This document shows, piece by piece, positions 23,747 to 34,934 of a DNA stretch of 64,000 bases. The position numbers and the translations under genes are program-made. Within the stretch, counting starts at the first letter, position 1, and the number at the start of each line of letters is the position of its first letter. The DNA is from Reclinomonas americana ATCC 50394 (lineage: Eukaryota), in the NCBI GenBank assembly GCA_048213135.1, contig PS015071.1:124555-188554 (forward strand), in the 5' to 3' direction. The notes under the pieces are model-generated. The model worked only from the letters and a program-made list of their open reading frames with translations. It was not told the DNA's origin and did not search any database.

Positions 23747-26741
23747 GAGTAGTAAGNNNNNNNNNNNNNNNNNNNNNNNNNNNNNNNNNNNNNNNNNNNN
23801 NNNNNNNNNNNNNNNNNNNNNNNNNNNNNNNNNNNNNNNNNNNNNNNNNNNNNNNNNNNNNNNNNNNNNNNNNNNNNNNNNNNNNNNNNNNNNNNNNNNN
23901 NNNNNNNNNNNNNNNNNNNNNNNNNNNNNNNNNNNNNNNNNNNNNNNNNNNNNNNNNNNNNNNNNNNNNNNNNNNNNNNNNNNNNNGCGTTGGAGAAGGA
24001 GAAAGGAGAAATAATGAGAGAATGATAGAAGGAGAGAGGGAGAAGGGAGAGAGTGTCTGTGTATGAGAGGAGAGAGAAGGATGAGAGGGAAAAGAGAGAA
24101 GATAGAGAGACTATGGATTTCGAATGTAGAAGTGTTGTCACTCTTTCCCTCACTTTGGCTTGCTTGTGCGTGTACTGCTGCAGACAATTCTCGACATGTT
24201 CGACTGCAAGCGCGGTGGGGCATTCGCCACTGTCGAGTCGGGGCTTGGAGGTTGCGTTTCACTCTTTTTTAATTCTTCTTCTCGCTTCTCTCGGTTGTCG
24301 CCCACTCGTCCCTTCTCGCGCTGCAGAGTTTCTTTGTCGGCCACTCGTGAAGTTTGCCGAGTATGTCGCACAGAAGTCGTCGCGATTTGGAGTTGCGCGA
24401 AATCTCATCCATTATCTCATTCTGCTGCATGCTGATCCCTAGCAAATACCTGCAGACGTCGTACGCGCGCGTGGAAGCTGTCCTGGCGTCGTCGGTGCAA
24501 ACTGTGTGGGATCGAGTGGGAGATTTTTATACCATGGAATCGTGGTTTCCGCCAGCCGAGGTGTGTCCTGCTGATGTACACCGTCTGTGATCTCGAACCT
24601 CGCAAAAATGTTGACCTGTCTGCTCGCAGCGCTGTGAGAGGCTGTCGGATGGTCTTCGTCGCGTGCACCGCACCGGCGGTCTCGTGGTCCTCCATGCACT
24701 GGTAACGTGTAGTTGATGTGCAAACCGACGGCGATTGAAGAGACTGACTTGCATATTCCACTCTAGAAACCGAGTCCGCGAAGCACGGTAAGCGATCCTC
24801 ACACGCGTGCGATTTCGTGGACGCTGGTGGATCGCGGCGACACGTTGATTGTGCGAGGATCGTTGCACGTTGCGTGCGGGTGCTGTCATTGTTCGTGCGC
24901 GTTTTTTTACTGACCGCCGGTGCAGTCCACCATCAAACTGTGGCCAGTGGCGGGCGACCAGACGTATTTCTCATGGCATGCCGTGTGGGATCCAGTTGAT
25001 TGGCGAGCTGGTTTGTTGGGCATGTGCAGAGGATAGAGTGGGAAAGTGAGATCGGAGTCAGTGAGAGTTGGGGGAAACTAAGAGAAGAGGCATATTTGCA
25101 TGTTCTACGCACCCGTGCTCACAAAGCGACTCCGTACAGCCGACGAGGCACTCTCCATTGTACAGCAAGATTTCTCACGTGGTCTCTCCCGCCTCACCGA
25201 GCTGTACGGCGCGGGTAGGGTGGTGATCGCGTCCGAGGACATTCTTCTGGCTTCATTTGCGGCTGACTCGCTGGCGCTCGGTTTCCACTGGGCACACAAT
25301 CCCGAATGTGCGTACTGCTGTCTGCCTGCATCATCTCGCACGCAGTCGTCGGCTCATGTGTGCTTTGCAGTGGTTTCGGAGCGTGCTTCACATCTCAGCT
25401 ATCTCCGCCCGCCGACCACTGTGTCGCATCATCCGCAAAAGGAGGCTGGCGACTTGACCAACAAGTTGCGTGTGCACATCACGAATCTCAACACTCGTCG
25501 CAGCCTGTCTCACCTGCTTGGACATTAGTGGTGACCAAATGCTCATGCTGCTCGAGTCGCTGGTCGACCACCGCGGAGAGTTCAACGCGGACGAGTACTG
25601 TGAGGTGCGCAAAGCACATCTGATTATAATAGTGTGTGTAGATTGCACGACACTCATCGATCCCTCGATGCAGCACCTGGTGCGATCGTATCTGGAGCGC
25701 GATCACCTGTATCGGTATACATCTCAGTCTTACTCGTCGCGGCGTCGTACCCAGTATTCTCAAGCGCCCTGTGTGTTTTCTTTTTTGATTGTCAGCGATC
25801 AAGCCATTCAGACACTGATCGAACGCCGCGGTGCCAGTCGGCGTTTCACCGAATTTGCTCTCGACAGCAGGGACATTTGTGGTTCATGTCGCGTTCCACC
25901 ACTGCTGTTGTCCAAGGCAGTTGTGGCCTCCAAGGCCGACGAAGATTTGCTTGTCGGGTATGTCAACTGGAGATTATTGAGGTACTGATGTTATGGTACT
26001 CATTGGTGCAACAAAAATCCATCGCAGCTTGGCCCGCGAGCAGGCGCGCAGCACCCACAACACTCCGGAGGCGATGCTTGTTGCTGAGTTTTTTTCGCGC
26101 TCGCTCGTGCGGCTGCAACAGGCGGGTGGTGAATTGCGCCCGCATCGCGTGTTTGAGATGGTGTTGCGCGACATGGACGACGTGTGGCTCTCTGAAAGAG
26201 TTGCGTGTGTGCGCATTGACACAACGCAACTTGTGCGCTTACGGGAGTGACTCGTACAGATCAACGCCGGTCTGCACAGCGCAGATGTCGACGATCTCGA
26301 ATTCATGAGCGCCTTGTCACCCGAAGGCTTGCAGAGCTCTCGGGAGCTGCCCGTCGGCCTCGGCGCGTCGTGCACATACGCCGTGCCGTCCATCGTACAT
26401 TTTGTTGTCAAGTACGAACGGGTGCGTCCTCTTGATGGTCATAGCCGAGCAGGATTATTCGCGGGTTGACTCAACTTGTTTTTTGTCTGGATCAGGACGT
26501 CGAGTTGGCCCTGGTGCGCAACTGCGCGGTGGGCGGAGAGTGCGCTGCTCGCGGCGTTATGATTGCCGCCCTGTTGACGGCGGCCAACGGCACGTGCGAG
26601 TTTGTACGCCGTCTGTTTGCGGGCGTGCGGCAAGGTACACGCATTCGGCGGTTAATCGGCGAGCTGAAGGGAGGGTGCAGCAGCGAATCCGCGCCACCGG
26701 CACCGTCATCGTCGGGCCCCGTGCGCTCCTCTCTACGATAG
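20693..26741 (+). CDS. Multidomain protein: PH + NmrA-like NAD(P)-binding Rossmann fold + SRPBCC/START (polyketide cyclase-like) + ADP-ribosylglycohydrolase-like
   Basis: PH: MIRAGWATKE|GNTVKSWKRRYFVLTDHQLAYYTDET...YFISFDSVEERDDWAAVL. NmrA-like: DVSDESTIADALVGCDRLLIV, VSADDVAEGVGRIF, YNWTGPQAMN. SRPBCC: SVQTVWDRVGDFYTMESWFP. ARH: ASFAADSLALGFHW, HPQKEAGDLTNNGDQMLMLLESL, ALVRNCAVGGECAARGVMIAALL. The SRPBCC-ARH junction is inside a single exon. Confidence 0.8.
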
Positions 26742-26787
26742 CAATAGTAATAATTCTGCGCTACTACGAAGACAATGTGATGATTCT

Positions 26788-29700
26788 TCACTGTTTCGGC
26801 GTGTGCGCCACCATCGAGGGTCGACGAGATGCCGTTCGCTTGCTGCTGCTCATGGCCGAGGTGAAGCTGGGCATGCTTCCGGTGGCCGACAGCGGGATGC
26901 GGCTCAACAAGGACGGCTCCACCGAGGCGGAGCGCTTGCGCTGCGACTGCATAGGAGAGGAAGTGGATGAGGATACGGAAGAGAGGACATGGAGAGGACA
27001 CAGCGGGGTGCCAACCTGCGCCGCAGACTCGGAAGCACCACCGCGAGGCGGGCTCGGGTTGCGTAGTCGCTGCTCCAAAAACCCATAGCCAATCTTGTCG
27101 TCGATCTCTGCCAGTACCTCGTCCGCGTGACACGACGCCGAGATGGGCCGTTGGCGCCAGAGGGACCGGCGACCTCGCTGTCAACGGCTTGAGTCAGTGA
27201 CGGCACCCTCCATCGCGACACCAGAGGTAAAATAGCGACTCACCACGGCACTCTTGTTGGCGCTTCCATGACTGGTTGGCGACCCGTGTCCGCTGGCGTG
27301 TGACACGGGCGATCCGGCGCCGCCAGCAGGTGCGGCACCACCCCGCGCGGCTTCACGCTCACCTCCACCGGCCGTCCCGCCGCCCGGATGGATGATGGAG
27401 CGCAAGCCGAGAGCCTCCGTGAATGTGGTGGTTTCCCGACGGCGACGATCCTGCCGCTCGCGCAACGACGCAAAAATGGCGCGCTGCTGCGACTTTAAGC
27501 TCTCAATGTGCGCCTCACGTGTGCGCACTGCGAAAAAAAGGGTGGTCAGCTGCGCGCAGCATGAGACAACATTGGCTGCTATGTCACTAAGACGACGCAA
27601 CTGTCCTGCTGTGACTCCTTCCGAATATCCTGCTTCACACGGCTGTACTCCTGGTCGACACGTGCGATGCGATCGGCAACGGCCTGCCATCGCGGTGCAC
27701 CGATCTCGTCCGTCACGCGCATTCTGTGAACCGCCACATGAGCGTCAGCATGGAGTGACGACGGAAATGAGGGGGAAGAGGAGAGTTACTTACGCTGAGC
27801 GCGGAGAGGGGACGTGGCGAGAGAGGACTCGATTCCGACGCTCCATGTGATTCGGTTTCTCGCGCCCAAGATAGTGCTGTCGCGTATCGATGAGCGAATA
27901 GTGGAACGCGAACGACCGATACGCCCGCTCTCCCACGCAACTGCGACGACTGGCGACAGCTGGCGCAAGTCGAATACATCTTCGCGGAGCGACAACAGCT
28001 CCTTTGGTCGCATGCGCGCCGGGTTCTCGGTGCGCACCTTGACTCGGCTGTCGCGGTACTGTGTACGAGAGGTGATGATGAGAACTGCTCACAATAATAC
28101 TCTCTCTTTCCCCCCAACACCGCGCAACTGCTTGAGATGGCGTGGTGCCGCCGGGGAACTTCTTCTGCGGCTCGAGAGCCGACTTGTCGCCACGAATGGT
28201 CATGCCGTAGCGATCGGTCATTGTCGGCACCAGGCGACCACTGCGTGTCAGTTCCCAGTTGCTCTTGTGCAGCGCCGCTCGCTGTGCCGAGCGGTGGTAG
28301 GCGTAGCGCGTTGTCAGAGAGCCGCGTTTTTCTGCGAAAGGGGGGAGGGCGGTGACCAAGGGAACATGAAGAGAGTGGTGGATGGAGGGTCAGGAACAAA
28401 AAATTGAACGGAGTGGTGACTACGAAAATGATAAAGGAGTGAGAGAACGTGACATTGGAGAGAAGGAGAACAAGGGGAAAAGAGCGAGAGAGAGACACAC
28501 AAGAGAGAAAGGAGAAGGAGAGAACGCGGCATCGGGGAGAACAGAAATAAGCGCAGAATGAACAAGGGGTTGAGGCGGACAAGCAGATAAGAGAATGAGA
28601 GAACGTGGTATAGGAGAGAACGAGAACAGAAAGAGCGCAAAATGAACAAGGGGACAAAAAAGCGAGCGAAAGGGCGAGAGAGAGAGAGATACACACCCAC
28701 GAGAGAAGGAGAAGTAGACAACGCGGCGCCAGAGAGAGCAAGAATGGACAGTGTCGCAGAAAGAACATGGGCTGAGAGAGAGAGAGAGAGACAGGCGTCA
28801 TCGATTGCGTGTGTGTATGTCTGCGTGTGCGAACGCGAGAGAACGGAGACAGAGACGGCGATGCACTTCTTCCCGCACACTCTCGACTCACCTCCTGTTT
28901 CCGACATGCGGTACTGGAGAATGCGTGTCTCGACGAGATCGCGTTCCGTGAGTGCGCTCGGATCGTGCGAATCACGAGCGACTGGCTTGGAGTACGCGAC
29001 AATTTGTTCGACAACGCCACTTGCCAGCTGTGGTGTGTCAGAAAAAATATCGGCGCTCCGCACCACCCTCTCCAGTTTCGTACGCACCTCTCGGTCGACT
29101 TCTTTCAGCAAACTCTCAAACGCCACCTCCTCGTCAAACAGCTCCTCGAGAGCCATGACGAGGCGTGGCAAGAACAACTTCTCGCCCGTCAGCAACTCAA
29201 ACACGTGCTTGAGCATGGCCACTCGCAGGCTCTCTTCGGGTATCGGCGAACTGCTGGGCAACTGCAACAGTTGGAGGAGGGCGCGCGTGATGGATTGCGC
29301 CAAACAAATGGCCATGTCCTGAGCACGGCGAGTGAGAAAATCGGGGGGAAAAGCAAATAAAAGGAATACAGAGAGAGAATACCGTCAAGTGCAACTGCAC
29401 CGCCTGCGTCTCGTCTGCATGCAGCAGGTACACAATCGTGAGCGACACTCCATCCAGCTGCTGCTCCATGTGTTCGCGCCAGAGTTCCCACGAAATGTCG
29501 ATGGGCACACAGAATTTGGAGACCTGTGCGGTGCGCAGCGAGTAGTCAGAGAATGGGAGGCATCCCACAGAGGGGGAACGGACACGCACCAAAAAGTCAA
29601 AAATAAAGCGCAAGAGGTAGGGGACCTCCTCCTTGCCGAGAAAATCGGCAAACACCTGCAGTTTGCGATTGGTCTCCATCAACTCGGCCTGCGTGCGCAC

Positions 29701-31641
29701 GTTCTTGCACAGATTGGTGCGCATCGCATCGAGCGAGCGATCGAGCTCCACTCGTGGTCGGAAGTGGAACCATGCTGTGTCGGGGTGCTCCGAGGTGTCG
29801 AGTGTGCCCGTCTGATTGGATCTGTTGACAAACAAAAGGAAGGGGGTGTGTCAGAAGGGGGGAGAAGAGAAAGTGCTCAAAGATAACGCAACCCAAGGTG
29901 ACCGTCCAGCTCCGCGGCACGCTGCCGACGTTTGTGGAACTCTGCAATTGCCACTTTGACTTGCTGTGAAGAGAGGAAGGAGGTGAGTCCAAGAGAATGG
30001 GGGAAAGAGGGGAGAAGAAGGGCATAAGAGGGGGAAAGAGGGAGAAAGGACAGAGGAAAAGAAGGAAAGAAGGAAAGAAGGAAAAGGGGAAGAGGGAAAG
30101 AGATAAAGAGAGCGAGAGTGAGAAATAGAGGCAGAAGTACCACCTGCCAGTACATCGGCTTTCGGAAAACGAGAGAATGAAGAGAGGGAGAGAGAGAGAG
30201 AGAGAGAGAACGAAAAGGACGACGACCCAACAACCTACCGNNNNNNNNNNNNNNNNNNNNCTGCGACGAGAGACACGGGCAGTGAGAATGCCTGAATGCA
30301 GATAAGGAGAGAGGCAGACGAGACGAGGAAGAGAAATAGAGGTCGAGAGAGGACAGAAGGTCATTCAATGAGCAAAGAGAAAGAGAGAAGGAAGGAGAGA
30401 GAAGAAAGGGGCGGAAAAGGAACGGATAAACGACGCCGATATAGCGTGACTGGAACCCGAGAGAGCAAGAGAAGCAACGGGGTGGAGCAAGGAGGATATG
30501 ATGCCGATACGGTGTCATCGGAGCCAGAGGGGGAAAGAGAAGAACAGCTGCGAGCTGGACTGAGAGAGAAAGATAGCGAGAGACGGAAGGAGGGAAGAAA
30601 GAAAGAAAGAAAGAGAGAGATATAGAAAGAGAGAGAAGGACGGGGAGAGGAGAACGGATCGACAACAGTGATACAGCGTGACTGGAACGAGCGAGAGCAA
30701 GAGAAGAAGAAGTGAGCTGCGAGCTGGCCTGAGAGAGAGTCGAAGTGTCACGCACTCCCTCCCTCCCTCTCCTCACCCCCCCTTCCTTCCCTCTTATCAC
30801 ACAACTGCGGTGGCGGACTCATCGAGGCCGCCCGAGAGTGCCGACGGTTGCCCGGCGATCCACTCCCGTGATGCGGAGGCGTTCCCGCACCCGCTCCTCC
30901 TCGGTGCGGCGACGTGTGACCCGCCGATCCGCCAGCTCCCGAACCCGCGTGCGCACTCGAGGCAGCCAACGAGGCCGTGTTCGCCGTGCGCCGCAACTTT
31001 TCCGAGTTGCGCGCCTCATCCTGCATTTGCCGGATCTTTTTCTCTGCGTCATGGTGATTGATTGAGACAGAGAGGGAGAGGGAGATAGGAGGGAAAGAGG
31101 GAGGAACAAGAAGCAGCACTGATCCAGTTGCAAGAAGAATGAATGGGGGCAAAGAAGAAAAGAGACAGAGAGAGAGAGAGAGAAGGAAAACGAAGTGTGC
31201 GCAAACCTTGAGCAAACTCATGCAGCTGCTCAACCTCGCGCTGGAACTGCACTCCGCGTCGAAAGCAATCGACCTCCTGCACAACAGCGACGTGAGCAAC
31301 AAACAAGCTCTCTCTCTCTCTCTCTCTCCCTTATTGATCTCTCATCGCAACATTCTCCGACGAGGCCGCCTCGAATGCACCCTCAGTGAACAGCGTGTGA
31401 AACACCTCAATGCGCAGTCGATCCAGGTCAATCTGTGAGTGTGCTCTCTCTGTGTGAGCGAGCACACACACTGCAAGAGAGAGAGCAAGCAAGTACCAAC
31501 ACAAACCTCCACAACGCCCGGTTCTCCGTGAGTCGAGTAGAGCGCCGAGCTGAGCATTGTTGCGCCGTCCTCGTGCATTGGTGAGGGCATGGCGGTGGGT
31601 GTGCCCGCAGCAGACACCGCGGCGAGCGCGCGGACTGCCAT
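26788..31641 (-). CDS. Hypothetical multi-exon protein, helical core with low-complexity ends
   Basis: Exons join in frame: MAVRALAA...GVVE|IDLDRLRIEVFHTLF...|...DTAWFHFRPRVELDRSLDAMRTNLCKNVRTQAEL...|DMAICLAQSITRALLQ...; ends ...HTPKQ*. No family recognised. Confidence 0.6.
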
Positions 31642-31814
31642 GTGTGTGTGTGCAAACGACCAGACACATGTCGCATCGGCACATCATCACGATCATCATC
31701 ACACCGACTCATTCATTGTGGATGCGCCTCCCATATTCACACCACCCTCCTTCTCCATCAAAACAACAAAGCAGAACGATAACCAACAACAAAATAGAGG
31801 CCGCGATATTGGGA

Positions 31815-34549
31815 TTACGGATTCATCTTGCTGATTTCCGTGTGGACCTTGGTGTAGTAGGCCTCCAGCTCGCCGAGTTTTGAGTGCACGTACTCCTTGT
31901 GATCGACAATCGAGGAGAAGGCCGGAAGCAGCATGTCGCGTACTTGCTGGCGCTCGGCGGCCAACTCCTCGGCCAGTTCCTCGTACCTGCGGTGGCGATG
32001 TGGTGGGGTGAGCATCTTTTTCCATAGGCGTTGGCCTCTGTGGACGCAACTGCTCCTCCAGCAAGCGGATTTGCATTTCGCTCTCCTCCACAGTCATGCC
32101 CGTGTTGGCCTCCATGGCGCGGATCTCGCTCCAGATCTCCGCCTCCTCTCGCTCGCCGTCGCGCACGCGCTGCTCCAGCAACTCCTTGTCGTGCTTGTAC
32201 TGCTCCTCCAGCTGCGCAAGCGTGAGCTCCAGCTTGCGGACTTCGTCGCTTCGCTCCTCCAGCTCCTCTTCCACGCGAGCCAGCTGCTCCCGCGCCTGCA
32301 CAGCCTCCTGCTGCTTCCTGCGCGCCTTGTCCACGTACCGCTCGCGCACCGCCGTCAGCTTGGGTCGCAGTGTGCCTTTGAGATCGAGAGCCACTGGCTC
32401 CTGGAAACCCGTGGCGTCTCGGTTGACCGACACCTCAAACACACGACCACCAGCGTGCTTGGCCTGCTGGGGCACCAGCTTGAGACGAGCCGCAATGCTG
32501 TTGTAATCAAACACGCGCAAATCGAGCTGCGTGGGCGAAGGAGAGGCAGAGAGGAATGAGATGAGCTCCCGCAGGCTTGGTTAGCGCAAGTGTACACACC
32601 TCGTCCATCAACTTGCCGTACATGGATTCGGCCTCCCACAGCTCGCTTTCGATCTTGGCACGCTGCTGCATCAACGTGTGCAACTTTTCGTCGAGTCGCG
32701 ACCGGTCGCGCGTCATGCGCTCCACATCCGCCGGGGTCAGCTCCTGGCGTGACAGTGCGTCCTGCAGCGACGCCTGCAACTGTCGCAATTCCTCCAGCTC
32801 GGTATCTATAGGAGGCATGGAGTCAGTCGCGTGCTGCATCCGTGCAAAAGCACGGAGGGTGCGCGCAACTTGTTGTCGCCAGCGACTGCTGCTTCTCGGC
32901 CAGCTTCACCTCCAAATGCGCAATGTAGGCCGACGTCTTCTCCACCAGTTGCTCAAACTTGGCCACGTCGCGCCGTGCATCCTCTCGCTCCTTGCTGTAT
33001 TGCAGCAGGAGCGACGGATTGTTGCGCATCTCCGTCAGTGCCTCAATCAGCTTCTCGCGCACCGTGTACAGCCTCTCCGTCTCCTCAATGACTCCGGCAT
33101 TGCGCTCATCTGCGCCCAAATGATTTTCCGTTGAGTTCACGACACTGGTGGCGACGGCGACGACAAATTCATCGCTCAACTGATGCTCTCACAGAGTCGC
33201 TGCTCGACATCTGAAAAATCGTCGGCTCCTGCCAAGAACTGATAGTAGGCGTCGCTGACGTACGCCAGCACGAGATCTTCGTCGGCGGCCGGCGATGAGG
33301 CACGGCGCTCCTCGTACTGTTGTTGGCATGCAGGTGCGTTGAGTGCGACAGCGGAAGAGGGGTGTCAGTCACATGCACTAACTTGTGCGACACGTACCTT
33401 CAACAACTCGATGAACCAGTTCAGGTATCCGAGAATGGTCGGCCACGTATGCTGCGTGCCGACCGACTGCAGCTGTCGCTTGCTGACGGGGAAGGGGTAC
33501 TTGAGACGCGCAATAATCGCCGCAATGTCATCCTCCGCCTGCGATCGGGTGAGAAACCAGCCAACACAGAGAGGGGGAGTGTTGAGAGTTGAGGCGCGCA
33601 CCTTGCCAGAGTAAAAGTTGAATTGTGGGTCGAGCTGGCGCACGAGGAACAGGAAGATGGAGGTAAAGTCCTTCATCGACGGCGCAGTGAGACTCTTGGG
33701 TGAGATGGCTTCGGGGTAGCCGCGCTCGACCAGATACTCAATGAGGTTTCGCAGGCTCTGGGCAATGTAGCCGCGGTCGCCGAGAGGACGTGGGTCTTTG
33801 CGGCGCTGCAAGTGCTGCAGGTTGGATGGAGCTGCGGCTGCCGACGATGGGCTGTTGAGGGGGAAGGAAGAGAGAGTGAATTGCACAATCGTGAGATGAT
33901 TTTGATGATGATGAAACAAACTTCAGAGTTGCACACAGATGCCATAAATCTTTCTCACTCTCAAGAGCACAAAAAGGAACGAGCTGCAAGAAGGCACACA
34001 CGCTCGCACACAAGCACGAAATCTACCACAGACGATCTCGCTCTGACAGTGAACACGATCACACATGAAAAGAAGACATTTTGGGCTCCGCTCGCACGCA
34101 GAGACTCGCTTTCTCAGTCCCTCTCTCGAGGTNNNNNNNNNNNNNNNNNNNNNNNNNNNNNNNNNNNNNNNNNNNNNNNNNNNNNNNNNNNNNNNNNNNN
34201 NNNNNNNNNNNNNNNNNNNNNNNNAGACACACTCCAATGCTGCGTCTGAATAACAATCACCCACATCTCACCGTCCACCACTGGCAGTCGACGCTCGTCC
34301 ACCGCCCAGCGAGCTGTTGCGAGCCGCGCCCATCTGACCTGGTGCTGCCAATGCGCCACCCATGGACGGCGCCATGCTGTGCCTCTCAGCACCCCCCTGC
34401 AACGACGCTTTGCCGGGCACACCACCCGCAGAGTGTCGAGCGCCAGGGCCCAGCGATGCGCGACTGTTGAGTGCGCCCATGGACAGTGGACCGAGGGTGC
34501 GCCGCTGTGCGGCACCACCGCTGCTGCCTTGACTGTTCTGCGATGCCAT
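31815..34549 (-). CDS. NDC80: Kinetochore protein Ndc80/HEC1
   Basis: Basic disordered N-tail, then KDPRPLGDRGYIAQSLRNLIEYLVERGY...PSMKDFTSIFLFLVRQLDP...LKYPFPVSKRQLQSVGTQHTWPTILGYLNW (HEC1 CH domain), YQFLAGADD, and a long coiled coil with a loop region. Confidence 0.92.
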
Positions 34550-34934
34550 ACTCTTTCTCGCACAAACAATCAAACAACAAGACGCGTAACGGTCTTGAAA
34601 TTGCTGGCAAATTCGTCCCGCGCGTTTGTTCTTCGTCGCTAAAAAGTAACGGTCTCCGCGCAGAGTGAGAGGGAGTGAGTGAGTGCGCGTGTGTGGGGGA
34701 GAGCAATCACGCACGTTAGTGCTCGATTCTACAAGAGGGTGCGTGGTTGTGTCCCGCGTCGCTGTGCTGTTGTTGCCTCGTTCTTTCCTCTTTGGCTCTG
34801 TGGGGAACTGTGTGTGTGTGTGTGTGTGCGTTTGGCGCAGTGCACGTTTCCATCAGTTCATCTCTCCCTCCGCGCGCCACTCAATTTCCTTATTCTGCAG
34901 CAGGCACAGATATCCTTTCGCGAGTGTCGTTCGC

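Noticed and set aside
24767-24787. 21-nt microexon
   Set aside because: Extending to the shifted donor at 24869 gives an open 102-nt exon that better completes the SRPBCC fold.
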